A DNA stretch of 64,000 nucleotides, from the NCBI GenBank assembly GCA_025920425.1, contig JAPDLS010000001.1, forward strand, positions 308,484-372,483, given 5' to 3'. The notes under the pieces were generated by a model. That model was not told the DNA's origin, did no database searches, and was given only the letters and a program-made list of their open reading frames with translations. The stretch comes from Candidatus Haiyanarchaeum thermophilum (lineage in GTDB: Archaea > Nanobdellota > Nanobdellia > JAPDLS01 > Haiyanarchaeaceae). Each line of letters starts with the position of its first letter. Positions within the stretch are counted from its first letter, which is position 1. Made by a program: the position numbers and the translations under genes. Shown here in pieces: positions 1 through 11,261 of the stretch.

Positions 1-460
1 AGTACTCTCTACCTTGCCCTTGACAACTCACCTCCACAGCCTCTATCTGCTTGTCTTTTATTGTTCTGCCTAATAGGCCTGCAAATGTCCCTAAGTTGAA
101 AGAACTGGTTCCACCTTCACTGCATATCATATAATTTCTGAGCTGCATATAAAGCAGTTTTTCTGCTAAAATTTGATGATTTATGCTAGAGGCATAAAAT
201 ATTTCCATGAAAAGTTCTGCATCTTTCCAGTACTTCTCTATCTCATAGAAATTTTTCACTTCACTTACCCCAAGTGCCTCCCAATAATTCCAAGTAAAAT
301 TTTTACCAATTTGATATAATAGCTTTTCTGATCCTTCCTTATCTTTAAGGTCCTCTCCCATCTCTATAAGAAACTTGGTTGGAAGTAAAACTTCTCTGAA
401 AAAAACCTTCTTTCTCTTATAACTGTAAGCACTTGAAACGAATCCGAACTCAAACCTCAT
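1..460 (-). CDS. hypothetical protein (3' end of gene truncated by window; start at 458-460 ATG or upstream GTG)
   Basis: Open minus-strand frame translated by hand (MRFEFGFVSSAYSYKRKK...CQGQGREY...), bounded upstream by TGA near 551; not in ORF track because partial. Confidence 0.35.
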   Translation of the reverse strand, partial: MRFEFGFVSSAYSYKRKKVFFREVLLPTKFLIEMGEDLKDKEGSEKLLYQIGKNFTWNYWEALGVSEVKNFYEIEKYWKDAELFMEIFYASSINHQILAEKLLYMQLRNYMICSEGGTSSFNLGTFAGLLGRTIKDKQIEAVEVSCQGQGREY

Positions 461-581
461 CACTTTAAACTGAACTATTTTCCTAACTAGAAGCTTTTTT
501 AGAGTATCTATGACCACAAGATGTAAAATCCTTCTGCTATTTTTAAACTTTCAGCTTAATTGAGAGAAAAAGAAGTTGTCT

Positions 582-1628
582 TCATTTCTCCCTTTCCATT
601 ATGAAATCTGCGATTCTTTCCAACATGTCTTTGTACTTGTTATTGGGCATATCATTTAACTGGGCTTTGGCCATCTCAACGAATTTCCTCCCAAGCTCAT
701 AGGATTTCTGGCTGGCCGAAGTCTCTCCAATGAGTCGGAGTGCTCTCTTCACATCTTCCTCATTTATTTCCATCTTCCTCAGAATCTTGAGGAAGTCCTC
801 CTTCTTGCCTAGTGGAAGTTCCTTGAGCGTATAAAGTAATACTATATTTCCCAATTTTCTCTCCACTATATCCTTCCCTACCTTCTTCCCGAACACCTTT
901 TCCTCACCAAAGATATCGAGCATATCATCACGTATTTGAAAAGCCAAGCCGATGTAAAAGCCATAGTTCCTGAGTGCTTCTAACTGTTGGGGGGTGGCAT
1001 TAGCACAGATGGCTCCGACTTCACAACAGGCTTGGAAGAGAGATGCTGTCTTCTTAGATATCATTTCTATATAATCTTCATCGTCGATCTCATAAAACCT
1101 ATTTTGGAGAATGTATGGTTCATCTTCCCTCCCAGCCTGCTCAAAGAGCAGATCTAGGATTTCTCCATCAACTATGTTTTTCATCGTCCTAGCATAGATC
1201 TCCGAAATTAGGGAAGGGTTTTTACACCTGTTAGCTGCTTGAAAAATTGCAGCTGCATAATCCACGGCTATACATTCAGCTATCGCTTTTCCAAACTTGT
1301 ACCAAGTAGTTGGTCTTCCCCTCCTCAGGATACTATGGTCTATTATATCATCGACTATCAGGGAATAATTATGTAGTATCTCGAGCCCTGCAGCCCCATA
1401 GATTACATCTTCAAGCTTTCCTCCAAGTAGTTTGCAACTCAAAATCGCTATCGTTGGACGGATCCTCTTGCCGCCAGTTGAAATTTGATAGGTAACGAGC
1501 TCTCCACCCCTTTGATTTGTATAGCTCACTAATAGTTCTGTAATAATTGGGTCTATCACTTTCGTTACTTTTTCCAAGATGGAGTTGAGCTTAGCTTCTC
1601 TCTTAAATAGGTGGAAACCCATATCCAA
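582..1628 (-). CDS. polyprenyl (geranylgeranyl) diphosphate synthase, trans-IPPS family
   Basis: First Asp-rich motif LIVDDIIDHS (DDxxD) and second FQIRDDMLD (DDxxD); 348 aa typical length. Confidence 0.85.
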   Translation of the reverse strand: MDMGFHLFKREAKLNSILEKVTKVIDPIITELLVSYTNQRGGELVTYQISTGGKRIRPTIAILSCKLLGGKLEDVIYGAAGLEILHNYSLIVDDIIDHSILRRGRPTTWYKFGKAIAECIAVDYAAAIFQAANRCKNPSLISEIYARTMKNIVDGEILDLLFEQAGREDEPYILQNRFYEIDDEDYIEMISKKTASLFQACCEVGAICANATPQQLEALRNYGFYIGLAFQIRDDMLDIFGEEKVFGKKVGKDIVERKLGNIVLLYTLKELPLGKKEDFLKILRKMEINEEDVKRALRLIGETSASQKSYELGRKFVEMAKAQLNDMPNNKYKDMLERIADFIMEREK

Positions 1629-1697
1629 GACTAGCAGTTCTAGGTTTTAAAAAACTTTGTGGGATAAGTTTTAAGCCTACTAATTCCTAAGACAGAC

Positions 1698-2471
1698 ATG
1701 GTTAAAAGCAAGCAGGTCTTCCAAATCTTGGAAAAATTTTATCGAAACGTTGATCTATGGAAGGAAGTGAAAGAAGAGATGAGAGGCTTCAAGGGGTTCA
1801 GAGAGAAGGACTTTGCTAGCCCCTTCTCCAATCTAGTAATCACTATTCTCTCACAAAATACAAATGCCAAAAATACTGCCCGAGCTTATCTCAACCTGCT
1901 AAAGAAAGTAGGCTCCATCACTCCTGAGAATATTTTAAAACTCTCAGAACGAGAGTTGAGTGAAGCAATCAAAGTCGGTGGGCTTTATCGCATCAAAGCC
2001 AGAAGAATAATGCTGCTCGCTCAGAAAATTGTAGAGGAATATGGAGGCTCCGTTAATGAGCTAATAGTGAAAGGTGATCCTAGAAGGACTAGGGAAAGAT
2101 TACTTGCTCTCCCTGGAGTAGGCGCTAAAACTGCAGACGTGTTTTTGGCATATTGTATGAAATGTGGGGAAATCCCAATTGACAGACACATAACCAGAAT
2201 TACTAAGAGAATAGGAATAGTTAGCAGAAAAGCCAATTATGATGAGATTAAACGAGAATTGAAAAAAGGAATAAAGAGAAAAGATAGGGTAAGATTTCAC
2301 GAGCTCTTAATAAGATTTGGAAAGGATATCTGTAGAGCCAGAAATCCTCTCTGTGAAAATTGTCCTCTAAATGCTCACTGCAGTTGGGAAAGGGCCCAAG
2401 CCGGGATTCGAACCCGGGACTGCGGCTCCACAGGCCGCCACGTTACCTGGCTACGCCACTTGGGCCATTAG
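1698..2471 (+). CDS. nth: endonuclease III (HhH-GPD DNA glycosylase, Nth family)
   Basis: HhH-GPD motif LALPGVGAKTADVFL..DRH; C-terminal 4Fe-4S cluster C-x6-C-x2-C-x5-C (CRARNPLCENCPLNAHC); frame stays open through antisense tRNA-His. Confidence 0.8.
   Translation: MVKSKQVFQILEKFYRNVDLWKEVKEEMRGFKGFREKDFASPFSNLVITILSQNTNAKNTARAYLNLLKKVGSITPENILKLSERELSEAIKVGGLYRIKARRIMLLAQKIVEEYGGSVNELIVKGDPRRTRERLLALPGVGAKTADVFLAYCMKCGEIPIDRHITRITKRIGIVSRKANYDEIKRELKKGIKRKDRVRFHELLIRFGKDICRARNPLCENCPLNAHCSWERAQAGIRTRDCGSTGRHVTWLRHLGH
2393..2466 (-). tRNA. tRNA-His (anticodon GUG) with encoded G-1
   Basis: Reverse complement folds as cloverleaf; anticodon stem GCGGC/GCCGC, loop CUGUGGA; T-loop GGTTCGAATCC; extra 5' G opposite discriminator C. 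Confidence 0.75.
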
Positions 2472-2535
2472 AATAAGGAGAGCTCGAGCTGATTATTAAT
2501 CTTACTCTTGACTTAAGAACCCTTTCAACTTGTTT

Positions 2536-2685
2536 CTAGATTTCTTCAAATTCCTCTAGTCTCTCTATTGGAATTTCCTCCTCTCGTTCTTCAGGCTTCA
2601 CTTCAACTTTCAAGCATTTGCTCACTTTCCTTGCTCGCTTACCCTTCCTCGTTCCCTTTCCCTTTTTTCCTTTTTTCCTTGGCAT
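2536..2685 (-). CDS. small basic protein (49 aa), unknown
   Basis: ATG..TAG frame on minus strand: MPRKKGKKGKGTRKGKRARKVSKCLKVEVKPEEREEEIPIERLEEFEEI; not in ORF track (<60 aa). Confidence 0.25.
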   Translation of the reverse strand: MPRKKGKKGKGTRKGKRARKVSKCLKVEVKPEEREEEIPIERLEEFEEI

Positions 2686-2721
2686 AATTCATTATAGGAA
2701 ATCAAGATATTAAAGGATTAA

Positions 2722-2736
2722 GAAAAGTTTATAAAA
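2722..2736 (+). promoter_or_regulatory. candidate BRE/TATA box for rRNA transcription
   Basis: aaaagTTTATAAAat about 140 nt upstream of 16S and about 105 nt upstream of processing stem. Confidence 0.3.
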
Positions 2737-2841
2737 TGAGCTGTGTAGTTTATTATTGCTGTAGTTTCCGGCGAGATTGGGATTGAGAAGATGAACAATC
2801 GGATCCGACTACAGCAACAAAATGAGTACTCTAATTTTTTT

Positions 2842-2865
2842 AGAGTATGAGGTAGGTAAAGGGAG
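2842..2865 (+). promoter_or_regulatory. 5' half of pre-16S rRNA processing stem
   Basis: agagtatgaggtaggtaaagggag is the perfect reverse complement of 4368..4389. Confidence 0.7.
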
Positions 2866-2876
2866 CTTGCGGCTGT

Positions 2877-4363
<1,487 letters not shown>

Positions 4364-4367
4364 TTTT

Positions 4368-4389
4368 CTCCCTTTACCTACCTCATACT
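4368..4389 (+). promoter_or_regulatory. 3' half of pre-16S rRNA processing stem
   Basis: ctccctttacctacctcatact, reverse complement of 2842..2865 region. Confidence 0.7.
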
Positions 4390-4432
4390 TCACTTTTCTT
4401 AATTCTAAAAGAAGAGCAAGAAGTTCAGAGAA

Positions 4433-4738
4433 TTAGATGACCCTCTTCTCGGTTAATCCTTCGAGGTAATCTGTCCCAGCATAGCCGGCGAAAAAGCTCA
4501 CTATCCAAGTATTGACTGGTACATATGGCTGAAGCACCACTCCTACTCCAGCTCCAACTATGGCTCCAAGGATCACGGAGGAGAACCACTTCGGAAAGTT
4601 GAGTTTGTCTCCTCGCAGTGCTGCCTTCCTAAGACCCACCGCACTCCTCACTAATTGACCGAGAGCTCCCCAGAGAAGTAAATCTGCTACCATTCCAATA
4701 AGGAAGAAACCAAAATTAAAAAAGCTTTTTCTAGCCAT
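4433..4738 (-). CDS. small hydrophobic membrane protein
   Basis: ORF 101 aa with Gly-rich transmembrane segments (GAIVGAGVGVVL). Confidence 0.4.
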   Translation of the reverse strand: MARKSFFNFGFFLIGMVADLLLWGALGQLVRSAVGLRKAALRGDKLNFPKWFSSVILGAIVGAGVGVVLQPYVPVNTWIVSFFAGYAGTDYLEGLTEKRVI

Positions 4739-5062
4739 CTTCTAACTGTAGGACTCGGAATAAGTTTTATTAGTTTATCCTAGAATTATTTTCGAAAGTC
4801 ATGATGAGAAACACTTAGCAAGATGTGCAAAAATATTGAGTAAGTGTGGCTATAAAGTCTCCAGGATATCTAAAAATTATTTCCTAGCACAAAAGTAACT
4901 TAAGGTGTAAAGAAAATTTTATCATAAACTACGACCTGCAAGCTTCAATATAATTTTGTGGATAGATATTGAAAGTGGAATAGTCTTTCTGTATGAAAGG
5001 GTAAATGGAGCTGAATACTTCAAAATGGAAAATATTGTGAAAAACTTATTAAGGTGTTTTCC

Positions 5063-5539
5063 CTACTCCTTCTTCTTCTCCTCTTTGACAATTAGCTCCA
5101 GATAAGTTTTGAGTATAGGTATCGCTTTTTCAGCTCCTTCACGCTTCTTCAAGTACTCGTAGGCTTCGTGGATGGAGTTCTCTCCATATAATTTCTTGTG
5201 AAGCTCGGAACATTTTGAAAAGCATTTTACAGCACTTCTAGCATTTCCAGCATAGAGATATAAGCTACCAGCTACATGATAATTTACTCTGGCATGAAGG
5301 AGCTTCCCCTGCTTCTCCTCTTCCTTAGCCTTCATTTCATATTCCTTAGGATCCTTGCCTCTAGGATCTAGGTTTATCCAGCGCAAAGCTCTATAAAGTT
5401 CATCGTCTCCACCACAGAGTTCCTCCAACTGGCTCTTCACTCTTCCTTCTTCCCTCCTCTCAATCAACTTGGCCTCCTGGACTTTTTTCCTTCTCAAGAA
5501 TTTTTTGAGCCTTTCCATATAATTACCATTTAGTGACAA
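5063..5539 (-). CDS. hypothetical K/E-rich protein
   Basis: ORF 158 aa, followed 15 nt downstream by glmS on same strand. Confidence 0.45.
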   Translation of the reverse strand: MSLNGNYMERLKKFLRRKKVQEAKLIERREEGRVKSQLEELCGGDDELYRALRWINLDPRGKDPKEYEMKAKEEEKQGKLLHARVNYHVAGSLYLYAGNARSAVKCFSKCSELHKKLYGENSIHEAYEYLKKREGAEKAIPILKTYLELIVKEEKKKE

Positions 5540-5553
5540 CTTAAAAAACTTTT

Positions 5554-7326
5554 CTATTTAACACATACTGCCTTAGCCAGATTTCGAGGCTTATCAGGAT
5601 CAAATCCTTTGAGAATGGCAAGCTGATAAGCAAGCACTTGGATCGGGATGATTTGGACTATTGGATTTTCAGTTCCAGCTTCAGGAACTTTGATCCAATC
5701 ATCGAACACTTCGTGAAAGTTAGGGGAAACTCCTATAATATACCCTCCCCTCGCCTTGATCTCACACGCATTCGAGATTATTTCCTTCTCATTATCTTGT
5801 GCTACGAAGATTATGCAGGGAGTACCTTTCTCTATTAAAGCAATAGTGCCATGTTTAAGCTCCCCTCCAGCTAATGCCTCAGCATGAATGTAGGAAACTT
5901 CTTTTATCTTGAGAGCAGCTTCCATGGCGGTCGCATATTGAAGTCCTCTTCCTATGCAGAATATGTGCTCTGCCCTCCTCAACTTTTGAGCCAGCTCCTT
6001 AAGCTTCTTCCTCATAGTAGCAGAAGTAAGATAATATATCACATTCCATAGGTATCTCAACCTCCTCCTCCCTTCTTCATATTTACCTATCATCGCATAT
6101 GCCAGAAGAGTGAGGAGGGCTAATTGGGAAGTATATGTCTTAGTGGAAAGTACGCAGATCTCCGGACCAGCATGCATTAGCAGAAATGTGTCGGATTCTC
6201 TAGTAAGGCTTGAGCCAGGAACATTCACTATAGAGATCACCTTACTTCCCCTCATCTTAGCTACTCTAACTGCCTCGAGCACATCATACGTTTCTCCTGA
6301 TTGAGAAACTGCAATTACCAAAGTGTGGGAATCTAGAAATGATTGGTAGCTTGAAAATTCTGAGGCCAGCACCACATTTAGAGGTTTTCCGACTACCTTA
6401 GAAAAGATATAGCTAGCTGCTAAGCAAGCATGATAGCTGGATCCGCATCCTATGAGAAAAACCCTTTCGGCTCTCTTCATTTCCCTCGTAATCCTCTCTA
6501 CTATCTCCTTCTTCTGAGCTATAGCTCTCTTGATCGTCTCCACCTGCTCACAGATCTCCTTCAGCATGTAATGCTCAAACTTCCCCTTCCTCACTTCATC
6601 CACATCAAAATCCACTCTATCCACTTTCCTCCTCACCCTCTTCAGCTTCCCACCCTTTATATTGTAACATCTTACCTTAGAGTTCAGTACTACCATATCA
6701 TAATCGTAAAGGTAGATCACCTGTTTAGTATGTTCTAGGAAGGCTGGGATGTCGCTAGCTGCAAAGAGGCCATGATCTGCTACTCCTATCACTAGAGGAG
6801 AACCCTTCCTTATTGCTACTATCTTTCTCTCCCCACTTCTCACCACTAGAATGGCAAAATTTCCCTCCAGTTTTGAAAGTACTGTGCACGCCTCCTCGAG
6901 GCATTTTCCCCTCCTCAATTCCTCCTCGATGAGGTGAGCTATGACCTCTGTATCTGTCTCGCTCTTAAATACATGTCCTTTCCTCATCAGCTTTTCCTTC
7001 AATTCAAGATAATTCTCGATTATTCCATTGTGAACCACTGCTATGCTTCCGCTGCAATCAAGGTGGGGATGTGCATTTCTTTTTGATACCTTTCCATGGG
7101 TGGCCCACCTGGTATGACCTATTGCCAAATTACTTCGAGGTCTGAGGAGATTTAACTTCTTGTGAACTTCAAGCACTGTACCCTTATCCTTCTTCACTAC
7201 GAGACCTTCTCCAGTAAGAAAGGCTACTCCCACTGAATCATATCCTCTATATTCTAAATGCCTCAATCCATCAAGTACTATCCTAGAGGCATTCCTTTCT
7301 CCTACATATCCTATTATTCCGCACAT
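5554..7326 (-). CDS. glmS: glutamine--fructose-6-phosphate aminotransferase (isomerizing)
   Basis: N-terminal MCGIIGY class-II amidotransferase nucleophile, two SIS domains, C-terminal ...KAVCVK; 590 aa. Confidence 0.9.
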   Translation of the reverse strand: MCGIIGYVGERNASRIVLDGLRHLEYRGYDSVGVAFLTGEGLVVKKDKGTVLEVHKKLNLLRPRSNLAIGHTRWATHGKVSKRNAHPHLDCSGSIAVVHNGIIENYLELKEKLMRKGHVFKSETDTEVIAHLIEEELRRGKCLEEACTVLSKLEGNFAILVVRSGERKIVAIRKGSPLVIGVADHGLFAASDIPAFLEHTKQVIYLYDYDMVVLNSKVRCYNIKGGKLKRVRRKVDRVDFDVDEVRKGKFEHYMLKEICEQVETIKRAIAQKKEIVERITREMKRAERVFLIGCGSSYHACLAASYIFSKVVGKPLNVVLASEFSSYQSFLDSHTLVIAVSQSGETYDVLEAVRVAKMRGSKVISIVNVPGSSLTRESDTFLLMHAGPEICVLSTKTYTSQLALLTLLAYAMIGKYEEGRRRLRYLWNVIYYLTSATMRKKLKELAQKLRRAEHIFCIGRGLQYATAMEAALKIKEVSYIHAEALAGGELKHGTIALIEKGTPCIIFVAQDNEKEIISNACEIKARGGYIIGVSPNFHEVFDDWIKVPEAGTENPIVQIIPIQVLAYQLAILKGFDPDKPRNLAKAVCVK

Positions 7327-7410
7327 TTAGAAGAAAGGGTCATCTAAGTTTAAATAGATTGAGCAAAATCTAAAAGCTTTTAAACATCTTCCTCTTTGAG
7401 GAATTAGGAA

Positions 7411-8157
7411 ATGCGCAACATTTTGCGGATCTCGATCGGAATTCTTTTGGTAGCAGCTCTCCTATTAGCTCCTACATCCAGATCGATTGCAATTCAAGCT
7501 AATGAGCAAGGAAAGCGATATCCACCCTCCCTAGACTGGATAGAGCCATGGAGCTTTCAGAAAATGATCTTCATCCACTATGCTAAAGCCTCTTCGCCTC
7601 AGGCCAAAGTTCCCACATGCTACAAATTGTTGGGAGTGAAATGGAAATCCCTCCCAGTGAACTATGTGGTACATCCCAATCTGAGCTTGGAAGCAATAAT
7701 AGCAAGTACTGAAACTTGGGATACTGCTACCAGTACTAAGCTCTTTGGAACAGCTTTGGTAGATTCTTCAGCAAATTGGGATAGCGGATCTCCAGATGGA
7801 AGGAATGAATATTCTCTCGGAAATTATCCTGAGGAAGGAGTAATTGCGGTTACTGTGGTATGGAGTGGTGTTCCAGTAGGAGGAAAGGGGAGACAGATCT
7901 TAGAGTTCGATGTAATGTTCGACACAGATTATAACTGGTATGATTGTACAATTACTGAATGTACTGCTGCTAACAAAGGGATGGATCTACAGAACATAGC
8001 CACTCACGAAACAGGACATGGAGTGGGGTTGGCAGATGTATACGATCCTAGTTGTTCGGCAGTTACCATGTATGGCTACTCTACCTATGGGGAAATTCAG
8101 AAGAGGACACTTGAGCCTCCTGACATAACTGGTCTGCAGAAACTCTACGGAGCCTGA
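7411..8157 (+). CDS. secreted zinc metalloprotease, snapalysin/metzincin-like (HExxHxxGxxD)
   Basis: N-terminal signal/TM (ILLVAALLLAP), motif THETGHGVGLADVYD. Confidence 0.6.
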   Translation: MRNILRISIGILLVAALLLAPTSRSIAIQANEQGKRYPPSLDWIEPWSFQKMIFIHYAKASSPQAKVPTCYKLLGVKWKSLPVNYVVHPNLSLEAIIASTETWDTATSTKLFGTALVDSSANWDSGSPDGRNEYSLGNYPEEGVIAVTVVWSGVPVGGKGRQILEFDVMFDTDYNWYDCTITECTAANKGMDLQNIATHETGHGVGLADVYDPSCSAVTMYGYSTYGEIQKRTLEPPDITGLQKLYGA

Positions 8158-8222
8158 AATCTTCTTAATTCTTTGAATTCTTCCCCCTACTTAGATTGTA
8201 GTGGAGATACTCAACTACATGA

Positions 8223-8294
8223 TGGACCGGCCGGGACTTGAACCCGGGGCCTCTCCCTAGCCAGGGGAGCGTTCTGCCGCTGAACTACCGGCCC
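8223..8294 (-). tRNA. tRNA-Ala (anticodon GGC)
   Basis: Reverse complement GGGCCGGTAGTTCAGCGGCAGAACGCTCCCCTGGCTAGGGAGAGGCCCCGGGTTCAAGTCCCGGCCGGTCCA; G3:U70 Ala identity pair; loop CUGGCUA. Confidence 0.75.
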
Positions 8295-8348
8295 ACATTA
8301 TGTGCTTCTCATTAAAAGCTTATAAAATTTGATCTTCTGGATAAACTT

Positions 8349-9923
8349 ATGTTTTGGGCAGACAATGTGGCAAAGCAAATAATAGAGAAGTTTGGAGAGA
8401 GGAGAGAATATGTAATAGTCACAGGCACCTCTATGAGTGGGGAACCCCATATAGGAAATGCTAGTGATCTTATTCGTGGGGAGGCAGTGAGGATTGCTCT
8501 CAATGACCTGGGAAAAAAAGCTAAGCTCATCTGGGTTTCAGATGATATGGACCCATTTAGATCAGTGCCTCTCGGCTTTCCAGAGGAGTTCAAGGATTAT
8601 CTAGGCTTTCCTGTCTCTATGGTCCCAGACCCTCATGGTTGTCATGAAAGCTTTGCCAGACATTATGAACTGTTATTCTTAAACCAGTTGAAGGATCTAG
8701 AGATAAGGCCCAAACCATATTTCGGAATTGAAATGTACAGGAAAGGAATGTATAACAAGAGCTTAAGAAAAGCAGTTGAGCTTCGTAAGGAAATCATGAA
8801 AGTCCTAAACAAATATAAGAAGGAACCTCTCCCCGAAAATTGGTATCCATTTAACATAATCTGTGAGAAGTGTCATAGGATCTCCACAACCAAGGTAGTC
8901 ACATGCGACGGAATAGAAGCAGAGTATTTCTGCGATCCTCAGGAAACAATTCTCCACAAGAAATATATCGTGAGGGGATGTGGATATCGAGGTAAGGTGA
9001 ATATTTTGGATGGAAATGCTAAGTTAGCTTGGAGGGTGGAGTGGCCAGCAAGATGGGCTTTCTTAAAATGTGTATGCGAACCATTTGGGAAGGAGCATGC
9101 TGCTCATGGAGGCTCATGGGATACTGGTAAGGAACTCGTGAAGCTCTTTGGTTGGGAGGCACCTGTACCAGTGATCTATGAGCATATCCAAGTAATGGGA
9201 GAAAAGATGAGCAAGAGTAAAGGAAACGTGATTACGATCCCTATGCTCCTAGAGGTGATGAGTGCTCCTGAGATCAAGTTTTGGCTGAACTTCGGAAAAA
9301 TTACAAAGGCTAAGGATATCAATTTGAGAGATCTCCCTCTCCATAATGCATTTGAATTCGATAAGGCTGAAAAGATCTTCTTTGGTGTATATTCAACCAA
9401 TAACCCAAGAGAAGATCTCAACTATAAGAGAGCTTATGAGATATCCACAAATAAGGAGTTCCATAGACCACTTAATCTAGAATATGATTTCGCAGCCCTC
9501 CTTTCCCAGCTCTTTGGTTGCAAGCTTGAAAAGGTAAAGAATGTGCTCATACGCACTGGTCATTATCAAGGAAATGGGGAAACAGATAGGAGGATAAAGC
9601 TCAGATTGAAGAATGCCTTTAATTGGGTACAAAAATATGCTCCTGAGAATTACAGGCTAAAGGGAGAGGGAACTAAGGTGGAGTTAAATGAGCTGGAGGC
9701 AAGACAATTCAGAGAACTCATGAAAGTGATAGAAGAAGTAGAGGACAGTGAAGTGCTCCAGCAGCGAATCTATGAAGTAGCTAGAATTGGAGATGTGAAG
9801 GAGTTCTTCAGAAAGTGCTATCTTGCTCTCATCGGAAAGGGGGAGGGTCCGAGATTGGCTAATCTCATCATCGCCCTAGGAAAGAAGGAAGTTGTGAAAA
9901 GATTAGGGAGGAGTCTAGAATGA
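8349..9923 (+). CDS. lysK: lysyl-tRNA synthetase, class I
   Basis: HIGH variant (EPHIGNA), KMSKSKGN, 524 aa, typical archaeal class I LysRS architecture. Confidence 0.9.
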   Translation: MFWADNVAKQIIEKFGERREYVIVTGTSMSGEPHIGNASDLIRGEAVRIALNDLGKKAKLIWVSDDMDPFRSVPLGFPEEFKDYLGFPVSMVPDPHGCHESFARHYELLFLNQLKDLEIRPKPYFGIEMYRKGMYNKSLRKAVELRKEIMKVLNKYKKEPLPENWYPFNIICEKCHRISTTKVVTCDGIEAEYFCDPQETILHKKYIVRGCGYRGKVNILDGNAKLAWRVEWPARWAFLKCVCEPFGKEHAAHGGSWDTGKELVKLFGWEAPVPVIYEHIQVMGEKMSKSKGNVITIPMLLEVMSAPEIKFWLNFGKITKAKDINLRDLPLHNAFEFDKAEKIFFGVYSTNNPREDLNYKRAYEISTNKEFHRPLNLEYDFAALLSQLFGCKLEKVKNVLIRTGHYQGNGETDRRIKLRLKNAFNWVQKYAPENYRLKGEGTKVELNELEARQFRELMKVIEEVEDSEVLQQRIYEVARIGDVKEFFRKCYLALIGKGEGPRLANLIIALGKKEVVKRLGRSLE

Positions 9924-10648
9924 AGATCCACGTAGGCTGCTGTGGAATTCCTGGAGGGCTCAGGAAATATTCACAGCTATTTAGGGTTGTGGAGATCAAT
10001 AGCACCTTTTATAGGCTTCCAAAGCTCGAAACTGCATTAAAATGGAGGAGTCAAGTACCTGAGGACTTCGTCTTCTGTTTAAAAGCCTTCCAAGGTATTA
10101 CTCATCCCATCACCTCTCCTACTTGGAAGAGGAGTGGAATTAAGGACTATCAAAAATTAGGAGAGAAAGTGGGATTTCTAAGAACTTCTAAGGAAGTTCT
10201 AAAATTTTGGGAAGATACCATTCAGATCTGCAGAGCTTTGAGGGCTAGAGTATGTCTTCTTCAACTTCCAGCCAGCTTTAAGGAAAGCAGTGAAAATAGG
10301 AAAGCAGTTAAGGCTTTCTTCTCCAAAGTGAAGAGAGATAGAGTCTCAATAGCTCTAGAACTTAGAGGCTGGGATGAGGATACCTTCGCTGCACTCTGCA
10401 AAGAGCTCGATTTGATAGAGGTAACTGACCCTTTTGTGAGATTACCCAGCTATGTGAAAAAAGTGGCCTATTTTAGGCTTCACGGCAGCTATAATAGAGG
10501 AAGGATCAATTATAATTACCGATATTCTGTGGGGGAGCTCAGGCAGCTCAGAGAAAAGTTGAATGAAGTAAAAGCAGATGAAATCTTCGTGCTATTCAAC
10601 AATACCTATATGAGGGAAAGTGCTGAAAGTTTTCTGAAATTGATCTAA
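9920..10648 (+). CDS. DUF72 family protein
   Basis: VEINSTFY and FVFCLKAFQGITH match DUF72 signature; ATGA overlap with lysK stop. Confidence 0.7.
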   Translation: MKIHVGCCGIPGGLRKYSQLFRVVEINSTFYRLPKLETALKWRSQVPEDFVFCLKAFQGITHPITSPTWKRSGIKDYQKLGEKVGFLRTSKEVLKFWEDTIQICRALRARVCLLQLPASFKESSENRKAVKAFFSKVKRDRVSIALELRGWDEDTFAALCKELDLIEVTDPFVRLPSYVKKVAYFRLHGSYNRGRINYNYRYSVGELRQLREKLNEVKADEIFVLFNNTYMRESAESFLKLI

Positions 10649-11151
10649 TTACTTGACTGCTCTCCTACTTTAAGAGCTGGTTCCAGCTTGAACTTCAGGA
10701 ACTCTAGATCCTCTAGGAATTTCTCCTCTGAAATTTCTCTGATCACGTAAAAAACCTTATAATTTGGAATCCCGAGTTTCTCAGTGATCCTCTCTATGAA
10801 CTCCTGTAGTTCCTCCATGCTTGGAGCTATGAAGGTGCTGAAGTAATTGAACTCGTCTCCATTGATTTTCTCGAAGGTGTTGGTATAGATGGAATTTGCT
10901 AATAGATTTTCAACCCTTTCCTTATTGGAATTTGCCTTCAAAAGTACCCTTGCTACGATTGGATAGTCGATTGCCCTATAATCCAAGAGACAGGTATATT
11001 TTTTTATCACTCCATTCCTTTGCAGGCGCCTTATCCTATCATAAACGGTACTAATCGGTAAATCCACTTTCCTCGCTATCTTGGTCAGGGAGAGCCTAGA
11101 ATTTTTCCTCAGCAAGGACAATATCTTTATGTCCTTTTCATCTAGGCGCAT
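10645..11151 (-). CDS. Lrp/AsnC family transcriptional regulator
   Basis: N-terminal wHTH DEKDIKILSLLRKNSRLSLTKIARKVDLPISTVYDRIRRL plus C-terminal RAM-like domain. Confidence 0.85.
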   Translation of the reverse strand: MRLDEKDIKILSLLRKNSRLSLTKIARKVDLPISTVYDRIRRLQRNGVIKKYTCLLDYRAIDYPIVARVLLKANSNKERVENLLANSIYTNTFEKINGDEFNYFSTFIAPSMEELQEFIERITEKLGIPNYKVFYVIREISEEKFLEDLEFLKFKLEPALKVGEQSSN

Positions 11152-11193
11152 AATTTAGGAATGTTTTGGATTAAAAATAGATTTCTTTCAAAG

Positions 11194-11224
11194 GTTCAGA
11201 AATTTGTTTCAAAATTTTTCTGAA
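11194..11224. promoter_or_regulatory. palindromic candidate Lrp operator in divergent promoter region
   Basis: TTCAGAAA-14 nt-TTTCTGAA between lrp start (11151) and TATA-like ttatattt at about 11231 upstream of 11262 gene. Confidence 0.3.
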
Positions 11225-11261
11225 ACAAAAATTTATATTTTAGGATTTATTTTGAAAAAAC

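Noticed and set aside
8312-8593. 93-aa minus-strand ORF overlapping lysK start
   Set aside because: It is antisense to a strongly supported class I LysRS and has no motif. The same applies to the many short antisense ORFs embedded in glmS, valS, radA and others in the track.
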